NCBI GenBank assembly: GCA_964606725.1
Contig: CAZSHR010000007.1
Span: 6,326-30,325 of the forward strand
Direction of reading: 5' to 3'
Length of the DNA: 24,000 nucleotides
From: an uncultured Coxiella sp.
GTDB taxonomy: Bacteria > Pseudomonadota > Gammaproteobacteria > Coxiellales > Coxiellaceae
Shown here: positions 9,630 through 17,990 of the stretch, piece by piece
How positions within the stretch are numbered: position 1 is the stretch's first letter
Layout: the number at the start of each line of letters is the position of its first letter
The notes under the pieces: generated by a model
What the model was told of the DNA's origin: nothing
The model's database searches: none
What the model saw: only the letters and a program-made list of their open reading frames with translations
Position numbers and translations under genes: made by a program

Positions 9630-10157
9630 TCAAGATGAATAACGAGCAACACTTTGTTGCAGCGCATCGATAGCGGCTTGCTTACCCTGCCAACCCTCGA
9701 CTTTAACCCACTTACCTGGCTCAAGCGCCTTATATTGTTCAAAAAAGTGCGAAATCTTATTGAGCATTACCTCAGGGATATCTTCCATACTCTCAACATC
9801 AGCCAATTGCGCGCAGGCTTTTTCAGTAGGTAAGGCAAGAATCTTGCTGTCTTTGCCTGCCTCATCGCTCATCACCAGCAATCCCAATGGCCTCACTTTA
9901 AGCAAAGAACCAGGCTGAACCGGAAAAGGTGTCATCACTAAAACATCCATAGGGTCACCATCTTCGGCTAACGTGCTGGGAACATAACCGTAATTGCAGG
10001 GATAATGCATAGCCACTGGCATAAAGCGGTCTACCATTAGCAAACCAGAGTCCTTATCTATTTCATACTTGATAGAGCCTCCATCGGCTGGAATTTCAAC
10101 AATAACATTAAAAAAATGGGGCAAATCATCACCCGCAGAAAGCGATGAAACAGACAT
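9630..10157 (-). CDS. ppa: Inorganic pyrophosphatase (family I)
   Basis: The ORF track extends to 10301 (223 aa). The conserved Ppa core begins at MSVSS...FNVIVEIPADGGSIKYEIDKDSG (ATG 10157, 175 aa), with GAGGAG directly upstream. The upstream 48 codons run through a palindromic repeat and are not Ppa-like. Confidence 0.9.
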   Translation of the reverse strand: MSVSSLSAGDDLPHFFNVIVEIPADGGSIKYEIDKDSGLLMVDRFMPVAMHYPCNYGYVPSTLAEDGDPMDVLVMTPFPVQPGSLLKVRPLGLLVMSDEAGKDSKILALPTEKACAQLADVESMEDIPEVMLNKISHFFEQYKALEPGKWVKVEGWQGKQAAIDALQQSVARYSS

Positions 10158-10244
10158 ACTGAACTCCTCGATTAAGATCACAGACGGCAGAGGATTCTCG
10201 CGTGTTTGCGCTAAAAATGCAAGGCTGGAAATGGATAGACAAAA

Positions 10245-10298
10245 CAGGCAGTTCGCCTTTGCGAGCCAGGGCGCGGGTTCGCAAAGGCGAAACGCCTG
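10245..10298 (-). repeat. Palindromic extragenic element, copy 1 (stem caggc-ag-ttcgcctttgcga / tcgcaaaggcgaa-ac-gcctg, 14-nt loop gccagggcgcgggt)
   Basis: A 13-bp perfect stem plus 5 bp, separated by a 2x2 internal loop, read directly. It shares its termini (GTTCGCC...GGCGAAACnCCTG) and the loop core GGGCGCGG with the element at 18557-18625, in inverted orientation. Confidence 0.6.
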
Positions 10299-10407
10299 CA
10301 ATCCTGTAAACTGCGAAACTCCTGAAATTTTTTAAGGGACTGGCTATTTTAGGGCTGATGTCTTATACTACAAATGTCGCTAACTGAAACATTATGTAAC
10401 AGGTGAG

Positions 10408-10638
10408 ATGATGCGTGTTCCAATACGGGTTGATGAAGCAATCTATCAAGAAGCAAAGAAAATTGCCAAAGCTGAGTGTCGCTCTATTGCTAATCAGATT
10501 GAATTCTGGGCAAAAATAGGAAAGTGTGCACTGGAAAACCCTGATTTGCCCGTTGAGTTTGTCAGGAAACTGTTAGTTTCAAAAAACACGGATAGATCTC
10601 TAGCAGAGCCTTTCAACTTTGAAGAAGACGATGCCTGA
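10408..10638 (+). CDS. ParD-like type II antitoxin
   Basis: 76 aa. SD AGGTGAG precedes the ATGATG. The motif CRSIANQIEFWAKIG matches the RSxAxQIExWAxxG signature I associate with the ParD-like antitoxin family. Its stop overlaps the toxin start by 8 nt. Confidence 0.65.
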   Translation: MMRVPIRVDEAIYQEAKKIAKAECRSIANQIEFWAKIGKCALENPDLPVEFVRKLLVSKNTDRSLAEPFNFEEDDA

Positions 10639-10909
10639 CATCACTATTAAACAGATGCCAGCATTCAAACGTTCTTACAAGAAGCTGCACTCACAGACAA
10701 AGCGTAAGGTGGATGCTACCATTCGCATGATTCTTGAGAATCCGCATATTGGTCAGGAAAAAAAGGGGGATTTGGCTAAACTGTTTGTTTATAAGTTCAA
10801 AGTACATCAGCAGCAAATGCTGTTAGCCTATGAATGGGATCCCCAGCAAAGAATTCTATTAGCACTCGGAGTGCACGAAAATTTCTATCGCGACTTAAAA
10901 AAGAGCTAA
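10631..10909 (+). CDS. RelE/ParE-superfamily type II toxin
   Basis: 92 aa from the ATG at 10631; the ORF-track start at 10619 is a TTG. The pattern is typical of the family: FKRSYKKL...ILENPHIGQEKKGDL...VYKFKV...LLAYEW....ILLALGVHENFYRDLK. The ATG lies inside the last codons of the antitoxin (gacgATGccTGA). Confidence 0.65.
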   Translation: MPDITIKQMPAFKRSYKKLHSQTKRKVDATIRMILENPHIGQEKKGDLAKLFVYKFKVHQQQMLLAYEWDPQQRILLALGVHENFYRDLKKS

Positions 10910-10938
10910 AAACGCTTGCCCAAACTGCCCCTCAGACT

Positions 10939-12243
10939 CTATGAAAGGGAAAGAGTCTTTCCCGATGGTGTTGTTTCTTTATGAGGCTGGCCTGGTGGAT
11001 CCCAAAAGTCAGACCCTCTCAATTGAGGAGTTGGCTCCAAACGACTCACCTTGACCTCAAAAAATTTCCCACTTAAATTAAACTCCCAATTCAACTGTAT
11101 TTTAGAATCTTTGCTAAATTCTTTTAGAAATTGATGAAACTCCGGCTTAGTTAAGCTAAAAAGAGGAATCGATCGGTTCTCTCCTAACAAATCCTTAACG
11201 TTAACGTCATTCTCACTCAACCATTTGAATAAACTGCATTGCAAATCAAGGTAAACTAACAGAGATTTACCCGTCAACCCATTAATTTCCTCAAACGCCC
11301 AAAAAACAGCGGGCAGAAAGGTGACCGCACGCAAATTAAGTTTTTTATAGGCATCTCTTTCATATTGAGCAACTTTTTCAAACAAATCTAAAGGAATTTC
11401 CTTTAAAATCCCTGCTAACTTTTCTTCATCATGACAGCGATCCGCCAATAGCAAGGATAACCTTCCAACAAACACCTTCACACTATCGCGAGCTTCTGAA
11501 AAGGAATCACGAAGCGCTAACGGAATTTGCGCTATGTAATAAGCACTAATCTGCTTAACATTTTCTTCCCTAGAATTAGTAGACCAATTCTCTTTTGCTT
11601 TCTTCAAAAAATTCACTAGTTTTTCAAATTGACTCAATCTTTGAGAAGCAAGGGTTAGCTCACAAACTTCTTTATTAAGCTCTTGGCTAGGTGGCACATC
11701 AAAACCGACAAGATTCACCGCCCAAAACCAATACATCAACTCAAATCCATCTTGGTTCCCAGAAGAAAATTTCAAAAAATCTTCGATAGCTTGCAAAGAA
11801 GCTTCGCCAAACTGCATATGCCGCAGGTGGCAATATTCAGGTAAATTCTTTGTGATATAATGTTTTGCCTGATCATCCAAAATTTTAAAAGCTGGATATA
11901 TATCGGGCATTTTTTTTAATGTGTCAAAGAAAAATTCGACGCTGTCTTTTTTTGGCTGCATTGGAGAGAATAAATGCTTTGCTTGATTGGCAGATTTACA
12001 TGAATCAATGGCGATCAATGCCATAAGAGCCTCAATCTTATAACGCTCTTGCATGTTGAATAAAGACTTATACGGCTTTACGTTTAGCAAACAATGCAAA
12101 CGATAAACCCCTCGCTCTAATTCTCTATCATTAATTGACCAAGTTAATTGTTCTTTGATCTCAGATTTTTTTTCCAGTAAACCAGTTAAACTAGGATACT
12201 TTGCAATTTCATTATCTACTTTGGCTAATTCTAGCAATTTCAT
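10939..12243 (-). CDS. Orphan hypothetical protein, 434 aa, predicted all-alpha and soluble. No domain recognised.
   Basis: Long uninterrupted ORF. I prefer the ATG at 12243 (MKLLELAK), preceded by GAGGTG 6 nt upstream; the track start at 12252 is the GTG inside that SD. Composition is AT-rich relative to its neighbours. The C-terminus is polar (PHKETTPSGKTLSLS). Confidence 0.6.
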   Translation of the reverse strand: MKLLELAKVDNEIAKYPSLTGLLEKKSEIKEQLTWSINDRELERGVYRLHCLLNVKPYKSLFNMQERYKIEALMALIAIDSCKSANQAKHLFSPMQPKKDSVEFFFDTLKKMPDIYPAFKILDDQAKHYITKNLPEYCHLRHMQFGEASLQAIEDFLKFSSGNQDGFELMYWFWAVNLVGFDVPPSQELNKEVCELTLASQRLSQFEKLVNFLKKAKENWSTNSREENVKQISAYYIAQIPLALRDSFSEARDSVKVFVGRLSLLLADRCHDEEKLAGILKEIPLDLFEKVAQYERDAYKKLNLRAVTFLPAVFWAFEEINGLTGKSLLVYLDLQCSLFKWLSENDVNVKDLLGENRSIPLFSLTKPEFHQFLKEFSKDSKIQLNWEFNLSGKFFEVKVSRLEPTPQLRGSDFWDPPGQPHKETTPSGKTLSLS

Positions 12244-12337
12244 TTTGATCACCTCAACTCAAAAAAACTAATAACCATTGACCAAACAATACAGTTAGTC
12301 TCCAACAAACACACTGATTAGCAAAACCACAGCGCTT

Positions 12338-12808
12338 TTACAGCGCTTTATCCAAACGCCGCTTTGCAAAAAAGGCTTGCAACAGTGAAGAACATTCGCC
12401 CTGCATCACCCCGACGTCCCAATCCACACGGTGGTTTAAGCGTGGCTCAGACAACAGACGAAACACGCTCATTACTGCACCAGCACGCTTATCCACGGCC
12501 GCAAAGACCAAACGCCTAATTCTTGCTTGTACTAAAGCCCCTACACACATTGCACAAGGCTCCAGGGTCACATAAAGCGTGGTTTGCAACAAGCGATAAT
12601 TTTTTAACGCCTTAGCGCCACAGCGTAATGCGACTATTTCGGCATGAGCGCTGGGATCGCAACAGCTAATCGTCTGGTTATGACCTTGTCCGATAAGATT
12701 GTCGTTATGCACCAGTACCGCACCAATCGGCACTTCATTATGAGACTGAGCACGCTTTGCTAACGCCAACGCCTGTGACATCCAGTATTCATCTCTGGCT
12801 TGAAACAT
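12338..12808 (-). CDS. tadA: tRNA-specific adenosine deaminase (A34 to I34)
   Basis: 156 aa with CDA-fold zinc motifs HAEIVAL and LEPCAMCVGAL. The N-terminus DEYWMSQALALAKRA is typical of TadA. Confidence 0.9.
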   Translation of the reverse strand: MFQARDEYWMSQALALAKRAQSHNEVPIGAVLVHNDNLIGQGHNQTISCCDPSAHAEIVALRCGAKALKNYRLLQTTLYVTLEPCAMCVGALVQARIRRLVFAAVDKRAGAVMSVFRLLSEPRLNHRVDWDVGVMQGECSSLLQAFFAKRRLDKAL

Positions 12809-12809
12809 G

Positions 12810-14642
12810 TTACTCGACTGTTACTGATTTGGCTAAATTACGCGGCTGATCCACATCTGTCCCTTTTAATACCGCGATATGGTAAGCCAATAACTGCAAT
12901 GGCAGGTTATAAATAATCGGCGCCACTAAATCAGGCACAGCTGGCACACGAATAATCGTCATATTATCATCCGCTGGCCACGCCAAATTTTCATCGGCAA
13001 AGACATAGACCTCTCCTTGACGCGCCCGCACTTCTTGAATATTAGACGCTAATTTCTCAATAAGCGTATTGTTGGGGGCCACTACAATCACCGGCATGGT
13101 TTGATCCACCAAGGCTAAAGCACCATGTTTTAATTCACCAGCAGGATAAGCTTCGGCATGAAGATAAGAAATTTCTTTTAACTTTAAAGCCCCCTCCAAA
13201 GCAATTGGATAATAAATACCACGGCCTAAAAATAACGCATGTTGCCGATGCACAAACTCATGAGCTAAGGTTTCAACCGATTGATTGAGCGCCAATGTTT
13301 GTTGCACCCAAGCCGGCAAATGATTCAAATGAACTAATGATTCGGTCACATCTGTCGATTGTTTAATTTGCTTTAAGCACAAAGTTAATAACAATAATGC
13401 CACTAGCTGAGCCGTAAAGGTTTTGGTTGCGGCCACACCAATTTCATTACCCGCATGGGTTAAAAAGCTTAAATCAGCTTCGCGCATTAACGCACTTTTG
13501 ACGACATTACTAATCCCTAAACTGGCATAAAATCCTCTTTGTTTAGCCACTTGCAAAGCGGCTAAGGTGTCTGCGGTTTCACCCGATTGCGATAAGGCAA
13601 CAAATAAAGTATTCGGCAACACAACTGCTTCGCGATAACGAAACTCACTGGCAATTTCAACCTGACAAGGAATTTTTGCCAGACTCTCCAACCAATACTT
13701 AGCTACTAAGCCAGCGTGATAACTACTACCACACGCACAGATATGAATCGCGTTAATGTTCTTAAAAACCTTTGCTGCAAAATGACCGAAACTATCGGGT
13801 AAAACTCCCTGATCACCAACATAACCGTTAATGGTGTCAATAACCGCCTGCTGCTGCTCGAAAATTTCTTTTTGCATGTAGTGGCGGTATTTTCCTTTGG
13901 TAGTCAGCTCCGCATCTGCCTCAAAAGCATGCACACTACGGTCTACCACTTGACCCTGCTTATCAAAAATCACTCGCTGATCAGGGGTAAGCTGCGCCAC
14001 ATCCCCTTCCTCAAGATAAATAAATTGTTGTGTCACTGGCAACAGTGCCAAAGGATCGGAAGCAATAAAGTGCTCTTCAATCCCAAGACCCAACACCAGC
14101 GGACTACCACAACGCACTGCATACAAATGATCGGGAAAATCCACGGTGATAATACCTAAAGCGTAAGCACCTACTAAATCCTGACAACTGCGATGAATAG
14201 CCTCGATAAAGGTATCGCTTTGCCGTTTATAATAATCCAAAAGATGAACAACAATTTCCGTATCTGTCTCAGTAATAAAGTGATAGCCATGTTCACTGAG
14301 TTTTGCACGCAATGCCTGGTGGTTTTCAATAATGCCGTTATGAACCACAGCAATTTTGCCTTGATGACAGCAGTGGGGATGCGCATTTTGTTCACTGGGT
14401 TTGCCGTGAGTGGCCCAGCGGGTATGAGCAATACTCGTTGACCCGAGGATAGGACGTTGCTTTAAAGCGGTCTCTAAGTGCTTAACCTTACCGATAGTCC
14501 GTAAGCGCGTAATATCACTGGCATTAGGTTCAATAATCGCCAACCCTGCGGAATCATAGCCACGATACTCCAGACGCTTTAAGCCTTCTAGCATAATTTG
14601 ACTAACAGAACGACTGGCAACGGCCCCAACGATTCCACACAC
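12810..14642 (-). CDS. glmS: Glutamine--fructose-6-phosphate aminotransferase (isomerising)
   Basis: 610 aa. N-terminal (M)CGIVGA nucleophile motif with a GTG start codon at 14642. It has two SIS domains and the canonical C-terminus DQPRNLAKSVTVE. Confidence 0.95.
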   Translation of the reverse strand: MCGIVGAVASRSVSQIMLEGLKRLEYRGYDSAGLAIIEPNASDITRLRTIGKVKHLETALKQRPILGSTSIAHTRWATHGKPSEQNAHPHCCHQGKIAVVHNGIIENHQALRAKLSEHGYHFITETDTEIVVHLLDYYKRQSDTFIEAIHRSCQDLVGAYALGIITVDFPDHLYAVRCGSPLVLGLGIEEHFIASDPLALLPVTQQFIYLEEGDVAQLTPDQRVIFDKQGQVVDRSVHAFEADAELTTKGKYRHYMQKEIFEQQQAVIDTINGYVGDQGVLPDSFGHFAAKVFKNINAIHICACGSSYHAGLVAKYWLESLAKIPCQVEIASEFRYREAVVLPNTLFVALSQSGETADTLAALQVAKQRGFYASLGISNVVKSALMREADLSFLTHAGNEIGVAATKTFTAQLVALLLLTLCLKQIKQSTDVTESLVHLNHLPAWVQQTLALNQSVETLAHEFVHRQHALFLGRGIYYPIALEGALKLKEISYLHAEAYPAGELKHGALALVDQTMPVIVVAPNNTLIEKLASNIQEVRARQGEVYVFADENLAWPADDNMTIIRVPAVPDLVAPIIYNLPLQLLAYHIAVLKGTDVDQPRNLAKSVTVE

Positions 14643-14776
14643 AGCACAATACCTCTCGCTTAATCTAACCGCGGAATCCTAACATGACAAGAAACCTCGC
14701 TCAACCAGGCATTTATTAGGCGCAATTATTCGTTTGATTCATCTTGGCGTTCATGCTAAAAGATAGACCACTTGCT

Positions 14777-16402
14777 ATGATGATTAAAAGCCCACCCATG
14801 CCCGATCACCCGCACTTCGATGTACTAATTATTGGCAGTGGTGCCGCCGGTTTGGGCTTGGCATTAGCCCTTGCCGATCAATATCGCATTGCCATTGTTT
14901 GCAAAGATGAACTACTGAGCAGTTCTTCGCAATATGCTCAAGGCGGTATTGCAGCAGTCATGCATAAAGCAGATAGCTATAACTCCCACATCCAAGACAC
15001 CCTACGAGCCGGCGATGGTCTATGTCATACTGACGTGGTTGACTACACTGTCAAACAGGCCAAAGCAGCGATCCAATGGTTAACCAAGCACGGTGTAACT
15101 TTTAATCTCAGCGGTAATGATTATCACCTTACCCAAGAAGGAGGACACTCACACCGACGCGTTCTACATCATTTTGACAACACCGGTGCAGCCATTGTAA
15201 AAACCTTATCGCAACAAGCGCTGGATCACCCCAATATCCATTCCTTCACACAACACACGGCCATTGAACTTATCATCCATAAACAGCGCTGCTGTGGCGC
15301 CTATTTTCTCGATAATGATTCACACACCATCAAACCCATCAAAGCAACATTTACCTGTCTAGCCACCGGTTGCACCAGTCGAGTCTATCAGCATACCACA
15401 CACCCTAACCACACTACCGGCGATGGCATTATGATAGCTGCTAACGCCGGCGCTAGCATTGCCAACCTAGAATTTCAGCAATTCCATCCCACCTGCTTTT
15501 ATAATCCCAATGGCGATGCCTTTTTGATTACCGAGGTCATGCGTGGTGAAGGGGCAACACTGGTTCTCGATAATGGAGAACGCTTTATGCCGAATTATGA
15601 CCCGCGTGCAGAATTGGCTCCCAGAGATATTGTCACACGCGCTATTCATCATGAAATGAAAAATAAGCCGTGTTCGCATGTTTACCTAGATATTCGCCAC
15701 CAACCTAGTGAAAAAATTAAAACCCTGTTTCCCACCATTGATAAACTGTGCCGCGCACAAGGCATTGACATCACACAAGCGCGTATTCCCGTGGTTCCTG
15801 CAGCACACTATACCTGTGGCGGTATTGTTACCAATATTAATGCAGAGACTGATATTCCTGGTCTACTGGCCATTGGTGAAGTTGCCCACACCGGCTTACA
15901 CGGCGCCAACCGCATGGCCAGTAATTCTTTGCTAGAATGCTTGGTCTTTGCTAAATGCGCTGGAGAAACTCTAAAAAAGCAAAACGCCCATATCGCTATG
16001 CCGACACAATTAACGATTGCGAATAACACGACTAAAGCTATAGCAGATAATCAGGCTATTGCAGAGCTGACCCAATCATTGCGCCGCTGCCTGTCAGAAA
16101 AGGTGGGTATTATCCGAAATCAGCAAAGTCTGACCGAGGCGAAACATCATATCACCGCATTAGAACAAGAGACTCATGCCATGCTAAAGAAAAGCCAGCT
16201 TAATAAAGCCTTGCTTGAATTAAAGCATTTAATTGGCACGGCAAAACTTATTATTCAATCCGCCGAATATCGTCAAGAAAGTCGTGGGGTTCATTATCGC
16301 AGCGATTTTCCTCAAAAAAGCCAAGTCGCTAAAGACACCATAATTAAAATGACAGATAAAACAATTAACATCACTGGCATAAAAATACCACCCGCAACCT
16401 GA
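14777..16402 (+). CDS. nadB: L-aspartate oxidase
   Basis: FAD-binding motif DVLIIGSGAAGL about 20 residues after the chosen ATG. Also HPTC, RGEGA, HYTCGGI and ESRGVHYRSDFP motifs. The start is uncertain (candidates 14744 TTG, 14753, 14777, 14798). I list 14777 (541 aa) because that length is typical. Confidence 0.88.
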   Translation: MMIKSPPMPDHPHFDVLIIGSGAAGLGLALALADQYRIAIVCKDELLSSSSQYAQGGIAAVMHKADSYNSHIQDTLRAGDGLCHTDVVDYTVKQAKAAIQWLTKHGVTFNLSGNDYHLTQEGGHSHRRVLHHFDNTGAAIVKTLSQQALDHPNIHSFTQHTAIELIIHKQRCCGAYFLDNDSHTIKPIKATFTCLATGCTSRVYQHTTHPNHTTGDGIMIAANAGASIANLEFQQFHPTCFYNPNGDAFLITEVMRGEGATLVLDNGERFMPNYDPRAELAPRDIVTRAIHHEMKNKPCSHVYLDIRHQPSEKIKTLFPTIDKLCRAQGIDITQARIPVVPAAHYTCGGIVTNINAETDIPGLLAIGEVAHTGLHGANRMASNSLLECLVFAKCAGETLKKQNAHIAMPTQLTIANNTTKAIADNQAIAELTQSLRRCLSEKVGIIRNQQSLTEAKHHITALEQETHAMLKKSQLNKALLELKHLIGTAKLIIQSAEYRQESRGVHYRSDFPQKSQVAKDTIIKMTDKTINITGIKIPPAT

Positions 16403-17529
16403 TATTCACCCTGAAATTGACGACGATAACGCCCCATATACACCATCCATGCAGGCAGCAATATGAGTAAAAACACACAAAAAACGCCAGCAAAACTCAA
16501 ACTATAGACAAAAACTCGTTGTGCGAACAAGGCTAGCAACAGTGGTGGCAAAAAGCTTATTAACAAAATAAAAAGCCCCGAAACACCGACTTTTCTCAAT
16601 TTTAAGCCATCGGCTAAAAAATCTACCAAACACAAAGACACTCCCATAAATGCTGTTAATACACACACTGAAGCAAACACATTAGCCACCAAAACCACCC
16701 AAGCATGACGAGCAATATGACCCAGCACCTCCATCAGTGCTTGTATCGGTTGGGCAGAAGTCACTAAACTTTGCAAACTGTACTCACCTGTCTGTGGCAA
16801 GATACTAAAAATAATGCCCTCCCAAAGCAAATATAAGGTTAATGGTACCAAGCTGCCTAGCACAACAGCACGACGCAGCGCTGCAATATTATTATGAAAA
16901 TATACCCGCAAACTGGGCACAATAATGGCAAAACCAAAAGAAGTAATCATAATCATCAAGGTAGACATACTAATACCAAAATGATAATCCATACTAAACA
17001 AGTGTGTTATGCGAATAAATGGCGCCGCAAATAATAAGATGGCAAAATAACTCAGCAGCTTAACCAACATCACCAAACGATTCACCCAATCGACTTTTTG
17101 AATACCACAAAATACAATACCCCCAAAAAGCATGGTAAAAATAATGGCTGCCCATCGATAACCGATGGGTAAGCCGAACCAAGAAAATAATGTTGCCACT
17201 ACTTCTTGCCCCGCAGCCACATAAGCTGACATCAAGCTGTATAACAACAATAAATAAGTCAGCCAAGCCAAGCCCTGACCCCATCTCCCAATAGTGGCAC
17301 CTGCCATAGAAATTAAATGACTGCCCATAGGCAACCAGGCATTAACTTCCAAGATTAACAAGGCACCCAATGTCATCACCAACCAAACAGCGAACAAATA
17401 AATAATCGCAGGGAAAAATCCTAAATAAGCGGTGGCAATCGGCAAGGCTAACATACCACCACCTACCGAAGTGCCTACAATTAGCAAAATTGCTCCCAAT
17501 AGCTTTAATGGACTTACTACAGCCGTCAT
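16312..17529 (-). CDS. Aromatic amino acid:H+ symporter of the TyrP/Mtr/TnaB (HAAAP) family
   Basis: 405 aa and polytopic. LLIVGTSVGGGMLALPIA, ITSFGFAIIVPSL and FLPPLLLALF align with E. coli TyrP. The last 30 codons overlap the 3' end of nadB on the opposite strand. Confidence 0.85.
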   Translation of the reverse strand: MTAVVSPLKLLGAILLIVGTSVGGGMLALPIATAYLGFFPAIIYLFAVWLVMTLGALLILEVNAWLPMGSHLISMAGATIGRWGQGLAWLTYLLLLYSLMSAYVAAGQEVVATLFSWFGLPIGYRWAAIIFTMLFGGIVFCGIQKVDWVNRLVMLVKLLSYFAILLFAAPFIRITHLFSMDYHFGISMSTLMIMITSFGFAIIVPSLRVYFHNNIAALRRAVVLGSLVPLTLYLLWEGIIFSILPQTGEYSLQSLVTSAQPIQALMEVLGHIARHAWVVLVANVFASVCVLTAFMGVSLCLVDFLADGLKLRKVGVSGLFILLISFLPPLLLALFAQRVFVYSLSFAGVFCVFLLILLPAWMVYMGRYRRQFQGEYQVAGGIFMPVMLIVLSVILIMVSLATWLF

Positions 17530-17972
17530 AATAGTTTTCCTTTATCAGCCAAGCGCGTCGCACCATGACCTAAATGAATGAATAAGCTGCGCATCTGCCA
17601 GGGGGCGAGACTATCGGGTAATAACAACAAATGAAAACGCTGCCCGTTTAAAGCCTGAAAATATAACAGCATCACACAAGGTGTTAACACCGAATGGCCA
17701 CAAACACGCACCCGTACAATACCGCGTTGCGGTGTACTAATAAACCATAGCTGCGGTGCAAATTGCCCCAAATAGGTGACGCTATCAGGCAATAATAACC
17801 GCACATAACGGTAATAATACAGCAAGCAGTAGCACAAAATAGGAAATAAAAGGTAGAGCCAAAAATGATTAACTGCCATTAGCAGCAGAACAACCCCTGC
17901 CAAACCATGCAATAGCAGCAACACTAGCCATAATAGTCTCGAAGCATGGACACGAAAAATTCCAGCACTCAT
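17526..17972 (-). CDS. YgfX/CptA-like small inner-membrane protein (DUF1434 type)
   Basis: 148 aa with two N-terminal TM helices. RLLWLVLLLLHGLAGVVLLLM resembles E. coli YgfX QWLSLLIHGLVAAVILLM. HLLLLPDSLAPWQMRSL resembles HLWLAADSMDEAEWRDL. Its stop overlaps the permease ATG (ATGA at 17526-17529). Confidence 0.55.
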   Translation of the reverse strand: MSAGIFRVHASRLLWLVLLLLHGLAGVVLLLMAVNHFWLYLLFPILCYCLLYYYRYVRLLLPDSVTYLGQFAPQLWFISTPQRGIVRVRVCGHSVLTPCVMLLYFQALNGQRFHLLLLPDSLAPWQMRSLFIHLGHGATRLADKGKLL

Positions 17973-17990
17973 GGCAAACAGTGATAACCA

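Noticed and set aside
9613-9633. TTG start of putA at 9633, overlapping the ppa stop
   Set aside because: The ATG at 9612 with GAGAG 7 nt upstream is a better initiation context. The seven extra residues (MKIESKP) add nothing conserved. The choice remains uncertain.
10158-10301. N-terminal 48-codon extension of the pyrophosphatase ORF given by the ORF track (223 aa)
   Set aside because: The extension has no Ppa-like sequence and reads through the palindromic repeat at 10245-10298. The internal ATG at 10157 has a strong GAGGAG SD and gives the canonical length of about 175 aa.
10069-10335. 88-aa + strand ORF antisense to the ppa 5' end
   Set aside because: It is antisense to a conserved gene and traverses the palindromic element. 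It has no SD and no recognisable sequence.
10910-10960. Weak inverted repeat agactct...agagtct between the convergent toxin gene and the 434-aa gene, as a bidirectional terminator
   Set aside because: It has only a 7-bp AT-containing stem with a 12-nt loop, lies partly inside the coding sequence, and has no U-tract. That is too weak to call.
13872-14441. ORFs nested in or antisense to glmS (13872-14159, 14174-14431, 14193-14441)
   Set aside because: They lie inside a confidently assigned gene and are frame-shadow artefacts.
14744-14776. Upstream TTG/ATG starts for nadB (552-aa version)
   Set aside because: NadB proteins usually begin only a few to about 20 residues before the DVLIIGSGAAG FAD motif. 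None of the candidate starts has a clear SD, so I chose a typical-length start. The true start may be 14753, 14777 or 14798.
15467-17566. Short ORFs inside nadB and the permease gene (15467-15679, 15708-15935, 15808-16029, 17060-17284, 17342-17566)
   Set aside because: Nested or antisense to well-supported genes, with no motifs.
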